From: Octopus sinensis
Lineage: Eukaryota
DNA length: 55,439 nucleotides
Direction of reading: 5' to 3'
Assembly: GCF_006345805.1 (NCBI RefSeq)
Contig: NW_021835123.1
Location: 1 to 55,439, forward strand
The notes beneath the pieces were generated by a model. It did no database searches. It saw only the letters and a program-made list of their open reading frames with translations, and was not told the DNA's origin. Both the position numbers and the translations under genes were made by a program. This document shows, piece after piece, positions 1-12,762 of the stretch (position 1 is the first letter of the stretch; every line of letters starts with the position of its first letter).

Positions 1-1227
1 GTGTGTGTATGTATGTATGTATGTATGTATGTATGTATGTAGTATGTATGTATGATGCAGTTCTACTGATAAGTTCAGCGTATACGAAATAACACCGAAT
101 TTCCCACTAGAAATTGCTCCCGTGTGTATATATGCATGAGAGAGTGTCTGTGCTTTCTTTGTATGTATACTCAGGCATACAAAAACGCATATATACCCCC
201 TATATAAACACATATATCCATGTGTTTTGTGTTTATGCTCTCAAACACATTCACACATGCACAAACATGTATATTTACACATCCATATATACACACACAC
301 ACGTACGTACATTCACGTTCAGCTATAGCCGAATGCATGCACACTCGTATACGTATAATTTTCACTTTTATCTCTCCATTTATAAAGCATGTTGCGATAA
401 TTATGTTAAAATGGAGAAAAATAATACTACTTATTTACGAATTTATATATGACCACCCCCACACAGATATGTTTTCACACACTTACAAACTGACACACAC
501 ATATTCATATATATATATATATATATACACACATGATATTTGTATACACGTATTTTAATAATTTACTTATATGTATGTCTATCTAGCTTGGTAGCTATCT
601 ACCTATCCATATATATTTATACACACACACATATATATGTATTTATGTATATATGTGTATGTATATGTGTGTATATATGTATATACATATATGTATATGT
701 ATATATATATATATGCATTTATATATATCATATATATATGTATGTATACTTATAATGCATACATATATGTATATAAATATATATAAATAATAAATAAATA
801 AATAATATATATATATATATATATATCTATATATATATATATAGATATATATATATATATATATATAGAATATATATATATATATATATTATATATATTT
901 ATATGTAAAAGACCATTCCCATATTTGTACCTTTTGAAAATCGTGTTTTTTTCCCTTCCTCTGGAGACCTTGGAATTAAATGAAAGGTTCTTTTTTTTTC
1001 TTCTGTTTCACTAAAAATATGAAATATTTAATTATCATCACAAAAGAAAAATTGGTAAAGTGACAAAGATGAGAAAGAACCTTCTAAACAAGCTTAGCAA
1101 CAGCAACAAGAAGAACTACAAAGGCAGTGGGGGCAGCAACAGCTGTAGTGGCAACGGAAATCTGCGACCCCTCCGTCGACTCATGATGATGTCTGCCAAA
1201 TAAAGACCCAATGTTCTGAAGTCGCAT

Positions 1228-1380
1228 TAGAACTCTCGTATGTAGTAAGGGAAGTTGCTTTAGGAACCATGTGGTTCGGTTTCGATCCAATTGCGCAGCA
1301 CCTTGAGCAAGTAACTTTTACTCTAATTCCAAAACTGCCTTCTGACTGAAGTTGGGAAACGGGAAATCAGTGGAAGTACG

Positions 1381-1450
<70 letters not shown>

Positions 1451-1625
1451 GTGTGTGCGTGCGTGTGTGTATGCATATAAATGTATTATGTATTTATACA
1501 TGTTAATATGTGATATTTGTGTTCGAGTCTGTGTTTGTCCTCCATTCGTCACTTGTTTACAACCCCGCAACTTAGCGATTCGGTAAAAGAGACCGATAGA
1601 ATATGTACCACACTTAATAAGCACT
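1228..1625 (+). mobile_element. tRNA-derived CORE-type SINE (octopus OR-like), diverged, interrupted by (GT)n
   Basis: aaccatgtggttcgg...gcaccttgagcaagt head/CORE and ...gagaccgatagaat tail are shared with about 10 other copies in the window. Confidence 0.7.
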
Positions 1626-1667
1626 AGGGTCGACTTGTTCATGAGTGCAACATCATACTGACTAGGC

Positions 1668-2760
1668 CCGTGGTCGGCGATCCGGGGTAAATTACCCCAA
1701 GTGGTATAAAAATGAAATTCTTGGCGGTAATAAAGACTCGTTGGACACAAGTCAAATTATATATATATATATAAAAACATGTTCCTTGTTGCGTCAGACA
1801 TTTTTCTTCTGGCAACGTTACGATTGTCCAAGGGACTTGTTTAGGAGACATCATTTTGAACAACAAGCAATTTGGTTGCTTAAGCGTTGTCAAGCGACTA
1901 AACATATTATTCGTCAGTAAGGCGGCGAGCTGGCAGAAACGTTAGCACGCCGGGTGAAATGCGTAGCCGTATTTCGTCTGCCGTTACGTTCTGAGTTCAA
2001 ATTCCGCCGAGGTCGACTTTGCCTTTCATCCTTTCGGGGTCGATTAAATAAGTACCAGTTACGCACTGAGGTCGATATAATCGACTTCATCCGTTTGTCT
2101 GTCCTTGTTTGTCCTCTCTGTGTTTAGCCCCTTGTGGGTAGTAAAGAAATAGGTATTTCGCCTGTCGCTGCGTTCTGAGTTCAAATTCTGCCGAGGTCGA
2201 CTTTGCTTTTTAACCTTTTGGGGTCGTTAAATTAAGCACCAATTGCGTACTGGGGTCTATCTAATCGAATGGTCCTCTTCCAAAAAAATTTCGGGACTTG
2301 TGTCTAGAGTAGAAAAGATATTATTCGTCAGTCGTCTATTACTTGTCTTAACTTTATTTTTTGACTCACGTGTTTTTGCTTTGTTTCAGTAGGTTTAAGT
2401 AGTTATTCAATTCAACACTTCAATAAAATCGATTGGACCCCGAAGACTATAACCAAATTGCTCTGGCTTCAAAATACCCCAATTTCGATGTAATTATAGC
2501 AAAAATAAAACATTTCTCAAAAACCTGAAGTGGAAAAGTTTCTAGAAAAATCCCTTTGTTTTATAATGAGGATATTAATTTTATTTCATTTCGTTTGTTT
2601 TATAGTTTTTATATTTATAATTGTATTCTCCATATAAATGGATAAAATAAACCTTTTGAATTCAAAGAATCTATGATTTTCTTCTTTTGAAATTAAAGAG
2701 TTAAATCGGTGTAAATAAATGTATTTTGGGGTAATTGGTTAAAAAAGTTCTCTACCCCTG
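1668..2760. mobile_element. Non-autonomous hAT-type DNA transposon
   Basis: Perfect 8-bp target duplication GACTAGGC at 1660-1667 and 2761-2768; termini CCGTGG.../...CCCCTG; subterminal ggggtaa/ttacccc motifs at both ends. Confidence 0.8.
1919..2317 (+). mobile_element. Dimeric OK-like tRNA-derived SINE nested in the hAT element
   Basis: aaggcggcgagctggcagaaacgttagc head; the gagttcaaattc(c/t)gccgaggtcgactttgc core occurs twice; 15-bp TSD atattattcgtcagt at 1904-1918 and 2318-2332. Confidence 0.85.
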
Positions 2761-3199
2761 GACTAGGCCATGCGCTTTCACTTTTATCCTTCCAGAGTCG
2801 AGAGAATAAAGTACTACTAAATCAATTCTAGAAATCGATATAACTGGCTGTCTTCACACTCAAAATTTCTGGTTTTGTACCTTAAAATGACCCTACATAA
2901 CCATATGGGTTCTAGAACGGTATTAAGCAACCATATTGATTCATGGATATCTGGATCTGTTGTTGTTCTCGACAAAATGAATGAGCTTCTGGCCTTGCAA
3001 ACTCTCCGAAATCGGTGAGATTGATGCTCGTTAATGTTCCTCTTGTATATGTGTGTGGGATGCCTCAAATGCCCGTATGTTCTACACTGACAAGAAAATT
3101 CTTTAGAATTCTGGTTTTAATATATTTTGTATTAATTTGTGAGTCTCGAACATTGTTATTAAAGACTTCAACTACAGAAAGATAGCGTGTTTTTAACAC

Positions 3200-3415
3200 T
3201 GCAAGGTAGTTATACTTGACGTTCGTCTCTGAAGACGACCTCATTAGCAGCTTTATTCTTTGTGGGTTCCGAGGTGGCTTATTAGACCAATATTGGCATA
3301 TTGGAGTAGGGATACGTAATAACAAACTCAGGACACGGTGGGACATTATTTTTATGCAGCCCTCCTTTTTATTAGTTTCGCTAATCATTTCTGGCTCTGA
3401 GGACTGTACTCCTAG
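3200..3415 (-). mobile_element. Degenerate RTE LINE 3' end
   Basis: Minus strand reads ...ANIGLISHLGTHKE*, matching the RTE C-terminal RIGLISHLRTH motif, followed by a short gtcgtcttc...gacgaac tail. Confidence 0.6.
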
Positions 3416-3668
3416 AGCAGTGCTTCTCAAACTATCTGATGTGGTATACCAACAGTGTTTTCCCCCCATGTGCCAGAGACCGGTAATATTTCTTAGTAAT
3501 ATTAATCAATAGCAGAAAGAATATATATAATTACGGAGATGTACTTGGATAGCAAGTGACCTGATCTGAGATCGTGTGCCGGAACGAAAACAATTGCAGC
3601 GTGGAAGGTATTTAAAGCCATTTAAGAAACACAAAAACCGTTAGATTCACTTCAACAATTAAATCTAA

Positions 3669-3719
3669 TTTGTCAAAATATTTTCGTCGCTTTGAGACCG
3701 CGACCTGTTCACTGACAAA
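3669..3719 (-). ncRNA. Inverted copy of the G3:C8 hammerhead
   Basis: Exact reverse complement of 3741-3791. Confidence 0.6.
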
Positions 3720-3740
3720 ATTCCGTGGCTGCAACAGAAT

Positions 3741-3791
3741 TTTGTCAGTGAACAGGTCGCGGTCTCAAAGCGACGAAAATATTTTGACAAA
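3741..3791 (+). ncRNA. Minimal type I hammerhead ribozyme, G3:C8 variant
   Basis: tttgtca-GTGAACA-g-gtcgc[ggtctcaaa]gcgac-GAAA-atatt-T-tgacaaa: 7-bp stem I, 5-bp stem II, palindromic AAATATTT stem III. Confidence 0.6.
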
Positions 3792-4299
3792 TTAAATTTA
3801 AATGTTGAAGTGAATCTAACGGTTGTTGTGTTTCTTAAATGGCTTTAAACACCTTCCACGCTGCAATATATATAATGAATATAATAAAAGCTGACAATTT
3901 TTTTTATCTTATATTTATTTGGTAAACAAATAATATAATATTTTATAAGCATTTCATAAGCATTTTATAATGTTTGTTTCTTTCTTTTCTGGAAACTCAT
4001 CGCATACCGGCAGCTGATGGCTCTCGGACCGGCACTGGCCCGCGGACCACCACTTGGAGTAGTACTGCTTTAGAATATACAACACAAGGCTACCATGAGT
4101 GATTTTGTGAAAGCTGTTCTTATGGCTTTTGAGAATGCCTTTGTATCTCCACTTTGGGTCACAACGTGAACATGAGATAGCTGTTCATTCACTACAGAAA
4201 ATCTGTTGAAGGAGCTTGAAGTCGGCTATGAGCGCTATATGTCCACTTCACAAAAACATGCCACGGTTAAAAATCCTATAATATAGTTAATTACGGTTC

Positions 4300-4610
4300 A
4301 TTATTACTTCTGCTATAGCGAAGGCGGAGGTATTGCTTTCAATCGTTTATTTGTTTGTTTGTTTGTTTGGCGGTGGACAAGATATCTCAAGAACCACTGG
4401 ATGGATTCGGATGAAACTTTCAAGGATGTTTGGCCTCGTACCTGGCACGAACTAATTATATTTTTGAGAGCGGTCGGGTTCATTTTTAGTATTCTCATTT
4501 GTGAGAGCAGTCGAGTTTATTTCAGATATTCTCATTTTAAAATCTTCTCCGGCTAAGCGTTGAGAGGATGTTGGTGTTGCCTTGGCAGAGGTTTGCGCTC
4601 TCTGGGTGCA
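4300..4610 (+). mobile_element. Helentron-associated non-autonomous element (DINE/HINE-like)
   Basis: ttattacttctgc...ggcggaggt 5' subterminal repeat, (TTTG)n, and a 3' end ccttggcagaggtttgcgctctctgggtgc typical of this class. Confidence 0.6.
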
Positions 4611-4744
4611 ATTAATTCTACAATTAATTCTACAATACAGTTAGTTTGTTTTCCTTATTTATAATTGTGACGCGTGTAAAGAATTTTCTACATGTTAATG
4701 ACGCGTATGTATTTTCAGTCCCGAAAGTGTTTTGCGCATGCTGA

Positions 4745-5030
4745 AGAATTCTTTTAGTCGAAAGAACCGACCAAATACTGTTTTTAAAGCCTGGTATTTA
4801 TTCTAACGATCTAGTAAACACATTTTCGGAGACATAAACACAGCAACACCGGTTGGTGGGACACACACACATACATGCATATATATACGACGTGTTTCTT
4901 TCAGTTTCCATCTACTAAATCTACTCACAAGTTTTTGGTCGACTCGAGCCGCTAATAGAAGAGACTTGCCCAAGGTGTCATGCAGTGAGACTGATCCCGG
5001 AAACATGTACTTGCATCTGTGGCAAAAGTT
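4745..5030 (-). mobile_element. OR-like CORE SINE, diverged
   Basis: Reverse-complement match to the 5433-5910 copy. Confidence 0.7.
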
Positions 5031-5039
5031 TATGGGAGA

Positions 5040-5232
5040 GCAGCATACCTGCTTCCTTCTCCGCACCATCGATGTTATCTGAGGGATAAGGCAAAAGCTG
5101 ATACGGAGTGAACTATAGCAACGGGTAATGAAGTGTCTTGCTCAGGAACAAAACACAGCCCAGTCCGGGAATCGAACTCACTATCTCATGATTGTGAGTA
5201 TGTTGAGCCTACCACTGAACCATGCGCCTTCA
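5040..5232 (-). mobile_element. Further CORE-type SINE family (also at about 52000-52310)
   Basis: caccatcgatgttatc...aagtgtcttgctcaggaacaaaacacagcccagtccgggaatcgaactcac matches 52120-52300. Confidence 0.65.
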
Positions 5233-5432
5233 CGCATACATACATGTGCGTGTGTGACTCTGTGTGTGTGTGTGTGTGAAGACGCATATATGTATGCATG
5301 TAAACCTCTACATTCGTATCAAGTATTTGCTACTAATTCAACATAGATTAATATATATATATATTATGATATATATATATATTATGATATATATATATAT
5401 ATATATATACACAAACTTATATACGTACCATA

Positions 5433-5609
5433 TATGTGGTTTTGTGGTAAGTAGCTTGCTTACCAACCACATGGTTCCGGTTTCATTACCAAATGCCTGG
5501 CACCGTAGGCAAATGTCTACTATAGCCTCGGGCCGACCAAAGCCTTAGGAGTGGATTTGGTAGACGGAAACTGAAAGAAGCCCGTCGTATATATGTATAT
5601 ATATAGATG

Positions 5610-5653
<44 letters not shown>

Positions 5654-5910
5654 TTTTATATATATATATATATATGTATGTATATGTTTGTGTGTCTGAG
5701 TTTGTCCCCCCCTCCAACATCGCTTGACAACTGATACCGGTGTGTTTATGTCCCCTTAACTTAGCGGTTCGGCAAAAGAGACCGATAGAACAAGTACTAG
5801 GCTTACAAAGAATAAGTACTGGGGTCGATTTGTTCTACTAAAGGCGGTGCTCCACCATGGCCGTAGTCAAAATGACTGAAACAAGTAATAGAAAAAAGAA
5901 TAAAAGAATG
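5433..5910 (+). mobile_element. OR-like CORE SINE, near full length with internal (TA)n
   Basis: tgtggtaagtagcttgcttaccaaccacatggttcc head, ctactatagcctcgggccgaccaaagcc core, ggcggtgctccaccatggccgtagtcaaaatgactgaaacaagta tail. Confidence 0.85.
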
Positions 5911-6059
5911 TGTGTGTGTATACGTATGTATGTACATATATATGATGTAATATGTTTTTGTATATATTTGTATTATTATATATGTATGATGCATTAATGC
6001 GTTTGTATATGTATGACCGCAGCCTCAAGACTGAAGCAAACGAATCAAAGAATATATAT

Positions 6060-6100
<41 letters not shown>

Positions 6101-6103
<3 letters not shown>

Positions 6104-6213
6104 GCGTAGGCTCGAAACGTAAAGACTTTTTCTATTCCTGAGTGTTATACTAATACATCTGTTTGTTTTGCACACCGCCTGTCTTCGTCTTTTGTTTTTT
6201 CGTAAACTCTCCC

Positions 6214-6215
<2 letters not shown>
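6101..6215 (+). mobile_element. PLE-like terminal fragment, family A
   Basis: gagcgtaggctcgaaacgtaaagact...ctgtcttcgtctttt, shared with the copies at 16330, 37583, 49830 and 54675. Confidence 0.65.
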
Positions 6216-6258
<43 letters not shown>

Positions 6259-6449
6259 TATATATATATATAATATATATATATATCTATTATATAATAT
6301 ATATATAAATACATACATATACATATCTACATATATAATGTTGTGGTGTGTGTGTGTGTGTGTGCATATTTTCTCAGTGTTGTTATTGAAGTTGTTTGTG
6401 TTGTTGTTGTTACGCCGTATATTGCTGATATTGCCGTTACACGAGATTA

Positions 6450-6775
6450 TTTTTGATGTTGATAATTGTATTAAAGAAGCAGTTGAAATACTCGCTGAAG
6501 ACCACATTGAAGAGAAGCAAAATAATCAACCCTTGGAGAATAGAAAGACATCACCAATCACCGTTCGTTCACGTTGCTAATCTCGCTGTTGGAGCTGCGA
6601 ACTGGAAAATATGATGGATAACTCCATTGAACACATCTAGGGGTCCCATGAAAAGATGAACGTATGCAGCGTAATACCTGGACCCTTCGACTAAGTATTT
6701 ACATGTTTGGATTGTGACCAAATCTGTGCTTCACGCATTTAGATGTTCAGTCAACAAAAGATCCGCAAATAAAGA
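6450..6775 (+). mobile_element. Degenerate RTE LINE C-terminal fragment
   Basis: Frameshifted translation LKKQLKYSLKTTLK... and DCDQICASRI*MFSQQKI resembles the RTE KRFKDxLKxSLK region and CxxC-x-SRIGLFSH zinc motif. Confidence 0.55.
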
Positions 6776-6859
6776 TGGTCGAGATTGAGTTGAATGGACA
6801 GCCATCAGCAAGATTTTCCTTGCATTGTTCTGGAGCTTTATAAGGTTGCATATTTGCAT

Positions 6860-8314
6860 ATGTTTGTGACTGTGTGCATGTATGTTTGTGCATATATGTG
6901 TGTATGTGTAAGTTGTCTGTTAAGTAGTGTGTTTATGTGTGTGTGTGTTCGTCAAGTTCCATATGTGTGTACGTGTGTCCGTGTGTGTTGGTCAAGTTCC
7001 ATATTTGTGTACGTGTGTCCGTGTGTGTGTGTGTTGGTCAAGTTCCATGTGTGCTTGCGCGCTAATGTGTCTGTGTGTTCGTCAAGATTTGAGAATGCGT
7101 GTGTTTGCTTGCCAAGCTGTTTATACGCTCGACTCTGTGCGTGTGTGTGTATGTGTGTGTGATTATCAACCTATGCGTGTGTGTTTCTGAACATATGTAT
7201 CTGTGTGTTCAAGATGTGTGTGTGTGTGTGTGTACGTTTATTCGTCGAGGTTTGTGTGTGCGTGTGTTCGTCAAGGTGTGTGTTTATATTTTCGTCAACT
7301 TTTCTAAGTCTCTGTGCGTTTATTCGTATGTGTGTATATGCATGTGTGTGTGTGTGAGTGTATTTGTTTATGTATAAACATGTGTGAGTATGTGTTTATG
7401 TGCGTATTTGTGTGTTTAAGTGTGTTTCTCAGGTAATATACGTATATATGTGTTTGTTAGGTAATATGTGTGTGTGTATGCGTGTTTATCACGTCATGTG
7501 TGTGTGAGTCTGTATTAGTCGAATCATATTATGTGTGTGTATCTGTTTATCACTGTGTGTGTTTATGTTTCTATATTCATCACACTGTGCCTCTGTGTGT
7601 GTGTGCGTGTGTGTGTGTGTGCGCGTGTGTGTATGTGTCTGTGAAAATGTGTGCGCATGTCTGTGTGTACGTGTGAATGTGTGTGAGTGTGTATATGTAT
7701 GTGAGTGAATGTATGTGTGTGTGCACATGTGCCTGTGCATGTGTGCGTGTGTGTGTGTGAAAATGCGTGCATGCTTGTGTGTGTGAATGTATGGGTGAGT
7801 GTGTGTGCGTGTATGTGTGTAAATGTGTGTGTGCGCGTATGTGCCTTTGCATGTGTGTGTGTGTGCGCACGTGTGTGTAAATGTGTGTGTGTGCGTATGT
7901 GCCTGTGCATGTGTGTGTGTCTGTGTGTGTGCACGCGCGCGTGTGGTGTGTGTGTGTGTGTGTGAGCCGTCAGCAGAGAAGAAGAAGCTAGCAATGCACG
8001 CAATCACCTTTGACCGAAATGCGCCAGTTGTATTTTGCTCAATTGTCTCTTATTGATTGGTTGCCATCTTACAGGCGAGGTTATGCAGTGCAAAAATCGT
8101 TTGTGACGTTTTCAACACAGCAACCTCTCTCTCTCTCGCTTTCTTTCTCTCTCTCTCTCTTTCTCTCTCTCTCTCACGCTCTCTCAGTCTCTTCCTCATT
8201 CTCTCTTTCACCGCCGCCATTGCTATACTTTCTTCATAGCAGCATCAGCCTCTACTTCTATTCTCATGAAATGTATTCGGTGTGTCTGTGTGTGTGTGAC
8301 TGTCACAATATTTC

Positions 8315-8358
<44 letters not shown>

Positions 8359-8460
8359 TGTGTGTGCGAGTTGTCATCTTCACAATGTTTCGTATGTGTG
8401 TTATTGTCTGTTAGAGGTATCTGCGTGCGTCTCTATGTGTCACTTACATAGTCCTTTTGT

Positions 8461-8500
<40 letters not shown>

Positions 8501-8653
8501 ACGTGTGTGTTTATGTGTCACTCTCAAAACCTGTGTATATGTCCGTGTCACTCTATGTGTATATGTGTATGTATGTGTTTGCATTTGTCATCATAGTCCA
8601 TAGATAGATAGATAGATAGATAGATACAGAGACAGACAGACAGACAGACAGAC

Positions 8654-8714
<61 letters not shown>

Positions 8715-8741
8715 CAGAGACAGACAGACAGACAGACAGAC

Positions 8742-8801
<60 letters not shown>

Positions 8802-9250
8802 TGATAGATAGATAGATAGATAGATAGATGTGTGTGTCTGTGTCTGCATATGTCACTGTCGCAGACTTTACATGTGATGTGTGTATCTATTTCTCTCTCT
8901 CACAGGCCGCGCGCGTGTGTGTGTGTGTCTGTGTGCGCGCACGAACTTAGGGTCTGTATCTATCACAGTCTTTGCGTAAATGTATGCGTGTGTGTGTCAC
9001 ACTAGGTACTTGTACGTGCCACAGACCGTATACAGGTGTGTGTATCTGTATGCGTGTGTCACAGTGTGTATTTATTTGCGTGCAGATGTCACTGTCTGTA
9101 TCAGTCATATAGCTTATTATGTGTGTGTCTGTTTGTGTATCTAGATATATGTTTGTGTCACAGTCTATGCGAAGGTGTATCTGTTTGTGACACTCTCATG
9201 GTGTGTGTGTGTGTGAATATATGTGTATGTGTTCATGTATATATATATAT

Positions 9251-9298
<48 letters not shown>

Positions 9299-9393
9299 TG
9301 TGTGTGTGTGTGTGTGGTGTGTTTATATGCAATATGTGTGTGTACATTTGTGTGGACAGACAGACAGACAGACAGAAAGACAGACAGACAGAC

Positions 9394-9435
<42 letters not shown>

Positions 9436-9440
9436 TAATG
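6860..9440. repeat. Degenerate (GT)n/(CT)n/(GATA)n/(GACA)n simple-repeat block
   Basis: Directly visible; explains all CV/HT/IYLS ORFs here. Confidence 0.95.
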
Positions 9441-10163
9441 TATGTGCGTATAAGTCCGTATTTATGTATCTTCCACCAAGTGCGTTGCTGTTTATCCACA
9501 GATCAATCTTGATCAGGCAAACCTATCACCAAAACCTTTCTAACCGTGGCAGTCCTGTCTATTTTAGGGGTGTCTAGGTCTACATGATTTAAAGTTCTCC
9601 CCTTTCTTAAGACGAAAACGGTGTACAAGCTTCCTTTTGTATGTACATGTACATACATATATACATACATACATACATGCATACATACATACATACATAC
9701 ATACATACATACATACATACATACATACATACATACATACATACATACATACATACATACATACTACATACATACATATTGTGTGCGTGTGTGTGTATGC
9801 ATATCTACTTATCTAGCTATCTCTCTATTTATCTGGATTATGCATGTATATATATATGTGTGTGTGTGTGTACACACACACATATAGATGCATGTATGTG
9901 TGTGCATATATATATACACAAACACATGCATGCATATATATGTATATATATATATACATACATACCTACTTACCTACCTATATCCATACATATATACAAT
10001 ATAATATATATACTTTATATATATATATTTATATATATATAATGTATTATATATATAATAAGTATAATATATATATTTATATGTATGTAGTAGTATATAT
10101 ATATATATGTATATATATAATATGTATATATAGATATATATATTTATATATGTAGTATATATA

Positions 10164-10227
<64 letters not shown>

Positions 10228-10230
<3 letters not shown>

Positions 10231-10420
10231 ATCCAAACAAGAAAACACAAAAAAAACACAACAGCGCGGGGACGTGGAACAAAATATAGTATTATTGGAC
10301 GCTCAGGAAAGAAGGGAAGAAGGAGGATTTAACGTTTCGAGCGGAGCTCTTCGTCGGAAACATAGGAGAAGGGAAGACAGAGGAAAAAAATCGCCAACGG
10401 TACACACGAGGTCACATTTT
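10228..10420 (-). mobile_element. PLE-like terminal element related to family A
   Basis: Minus strand tttccgacgaagagctccgctcgaaacgttaaa...tgagcgtccaataatac parallels family A. Confidence 0.6.
10328..10360 (-). ncRNA. Minimal HHR-like motif, U4C variant
   Basis: ttt-CCGACGA-a-gagc[tcc]gctc-GAAAC-GTT-aaa. Confidence 0.4.
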
Positions 10421-10592
10421 ATATACATATATACACATACATATATACATATATAATATATACATATATACATATATATATGTATGTATATGCATGTATA
10501 TATATATATACATACATACATACATACATACATACATACATACATACATACATACATACATACGTATATATATATATATATATATAAATATA

Positions 10593-10623
<31 letters not shown>

Positions 10624-10839
10624 GGTATCATGTAGTAGTGTGTGTTTATACACACGTGTCTTGTATTGTGTGCGATGTATTTGTGGCTATTTCTGTTTTT
10701 GTTGTTTCGCCCCGAGTCATCGCTGATCCTGCAGTCCAATAGCATGCATGAAGTCAGCTGAACGATAAAGAACGAGCCAGGAAGCAATTTCGTCAGTTAT
10801 GCTTCATTTCACTTTAGCTGAGGACCATAGAGGTCAGTC

Positions 10840-11690
10840 GAACATGTGGTGAAAGCATGCTCAGGTTAGAATGTGACAGTCTTCACATGGGGCACTATAT
10901 CCACAACCCAATGTATTTCTGCGCATAATATACACTCTCACATGTAGTGCTGACATATTTGTGACAGTCTGGACATGTGGCTATATATCCATAGAGCAAT
11001 CCATTTTTGTACCTGTTACACGCATACTGTATCCTCTCACATGTAGTGATGACACATAGGAGGTACAGCGTGACAGCCTGTCCATGTAGCACTATATTCA
11101 GTCTATTTTTGCTCTATGTCACACACTGCACCTTCTCACATGTAGCGATGACATGTCGGACACCCACGTGACAATCTGGACATGAGACATCGTATCCACA
11201 GTCAATTCTATTTTATCATTTCTACTGGTAGTGTACATATCCACATGTAGTGATGACACATAGGAGGTACAGCGTGACAGCCTGTCCATGTAGCACTATA
11301 TTCAGTCTATTTTTGCTCTATGTCACACACTGCACCTTCTCACATGTAGCGATGACATGTCGGACACCCACGTGACAATCTGGACATGAGACATCGTATC
11401 CACAGTCAATTCTATTTTATCATTTCTACTGGTAGTGTACATATCCACATGTAGTAATGACGTGAGTAGGGTGCAATGTGGTAATCTGCACGTGTAGCAA
11501 TATATCCAATGTCCAATCTATTAATTTACTATTACAGAAAGTGCACACTTCATCATGTAGCGATGTAACAGTCTGGACAGAATGTACTTCCTTCACAGTC
11601 TAGTTTTCAGCTACCACAGATACTACATCCAACCACATGCAGTGATGACATGTAGGACCCACAGAGTGACAACAGAGACAGGTAGAATAG
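10840..11690. repeat. Degenerate ~100-bp satellite with a perfect 204-bp dimeric duplication
   Basis: The cacatgtag(t/c)gatgac motif recurs about every 100 bp; 11038-11241 is repeated essentially exactly at 11242-11445. Confidence 0.85.
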
Positions 11691-11761
11691 GTATGAAACA
11701 TAAATACAATTCAACATTGCCGTAGTACAATAACTGTAATTAGTAAAGGATAAAATAATAC

Positions 11762-11804
<43 letters not shown>

Positions 11805-11891
11805 TGTGTGTTGATAGGTAGAAAAATAGATAGATTGGTAGGTAGGTAGGTAGGTAGGTAGGTAGGTAGGTGGGTAGATAGATAGACAAAA

Positions 11892-11967
<76 letters not shown>

Positions 11968-11968
11968 T

Positions 11969-12570
<602 letters not shown>

Positions 12571-12762
12571 GTCGAACTAATCGGCCCCACAAATTACTCT
12601 TTGTAAGCCTACAATTATTCCATCGGCTTTTTTGTCGAGCCACTAAGTAACGGGGACATAAACATACCAGCATCGGTTGTCAAGCGATGACGGGAGCGGG
12701 AACAAACACAAACACACACATACCTAAATATATACATACATATATAGATATAAACATATATA

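Larger units (their letters stand above)
3530..3867. mobile_element. Penelope-like/retrozyme-like short element forming a 275-bp palindrome
   Basis: Near-perfect inverted arms 3593-3723 and 3737-3867 with a 13-nt spacer; each arm carries an HHR-like fold. Confidence 0.65.
3418..4067. mobile_element. Old hAT (Charlie-like) non-autonomous element hosting a PLE-like insertion
   Basis: Ends CAGTGCTTCTCAAACT and (reverse complement) CAGTACTACTCCAAGT; flanks tcctagag / ctttagaa both carry the NNNTAGAN core typical of hAT targets. Confidence 0.5.

Noticed and set aside
1069-1203. 44-codon ORF MRKNLLNKLSNSNKKNYKGSGG...
   Set aside because: Short, built on degenerate CAG/CAA repeats, with no splice or homology support
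10840-11690. Repeat array as CRISPR or as an intact zinc-finger exon
   Set aside because: Eukaryotic context, no repeat-spacer structure, no C2H2 spacing, and multiple in-frame stops
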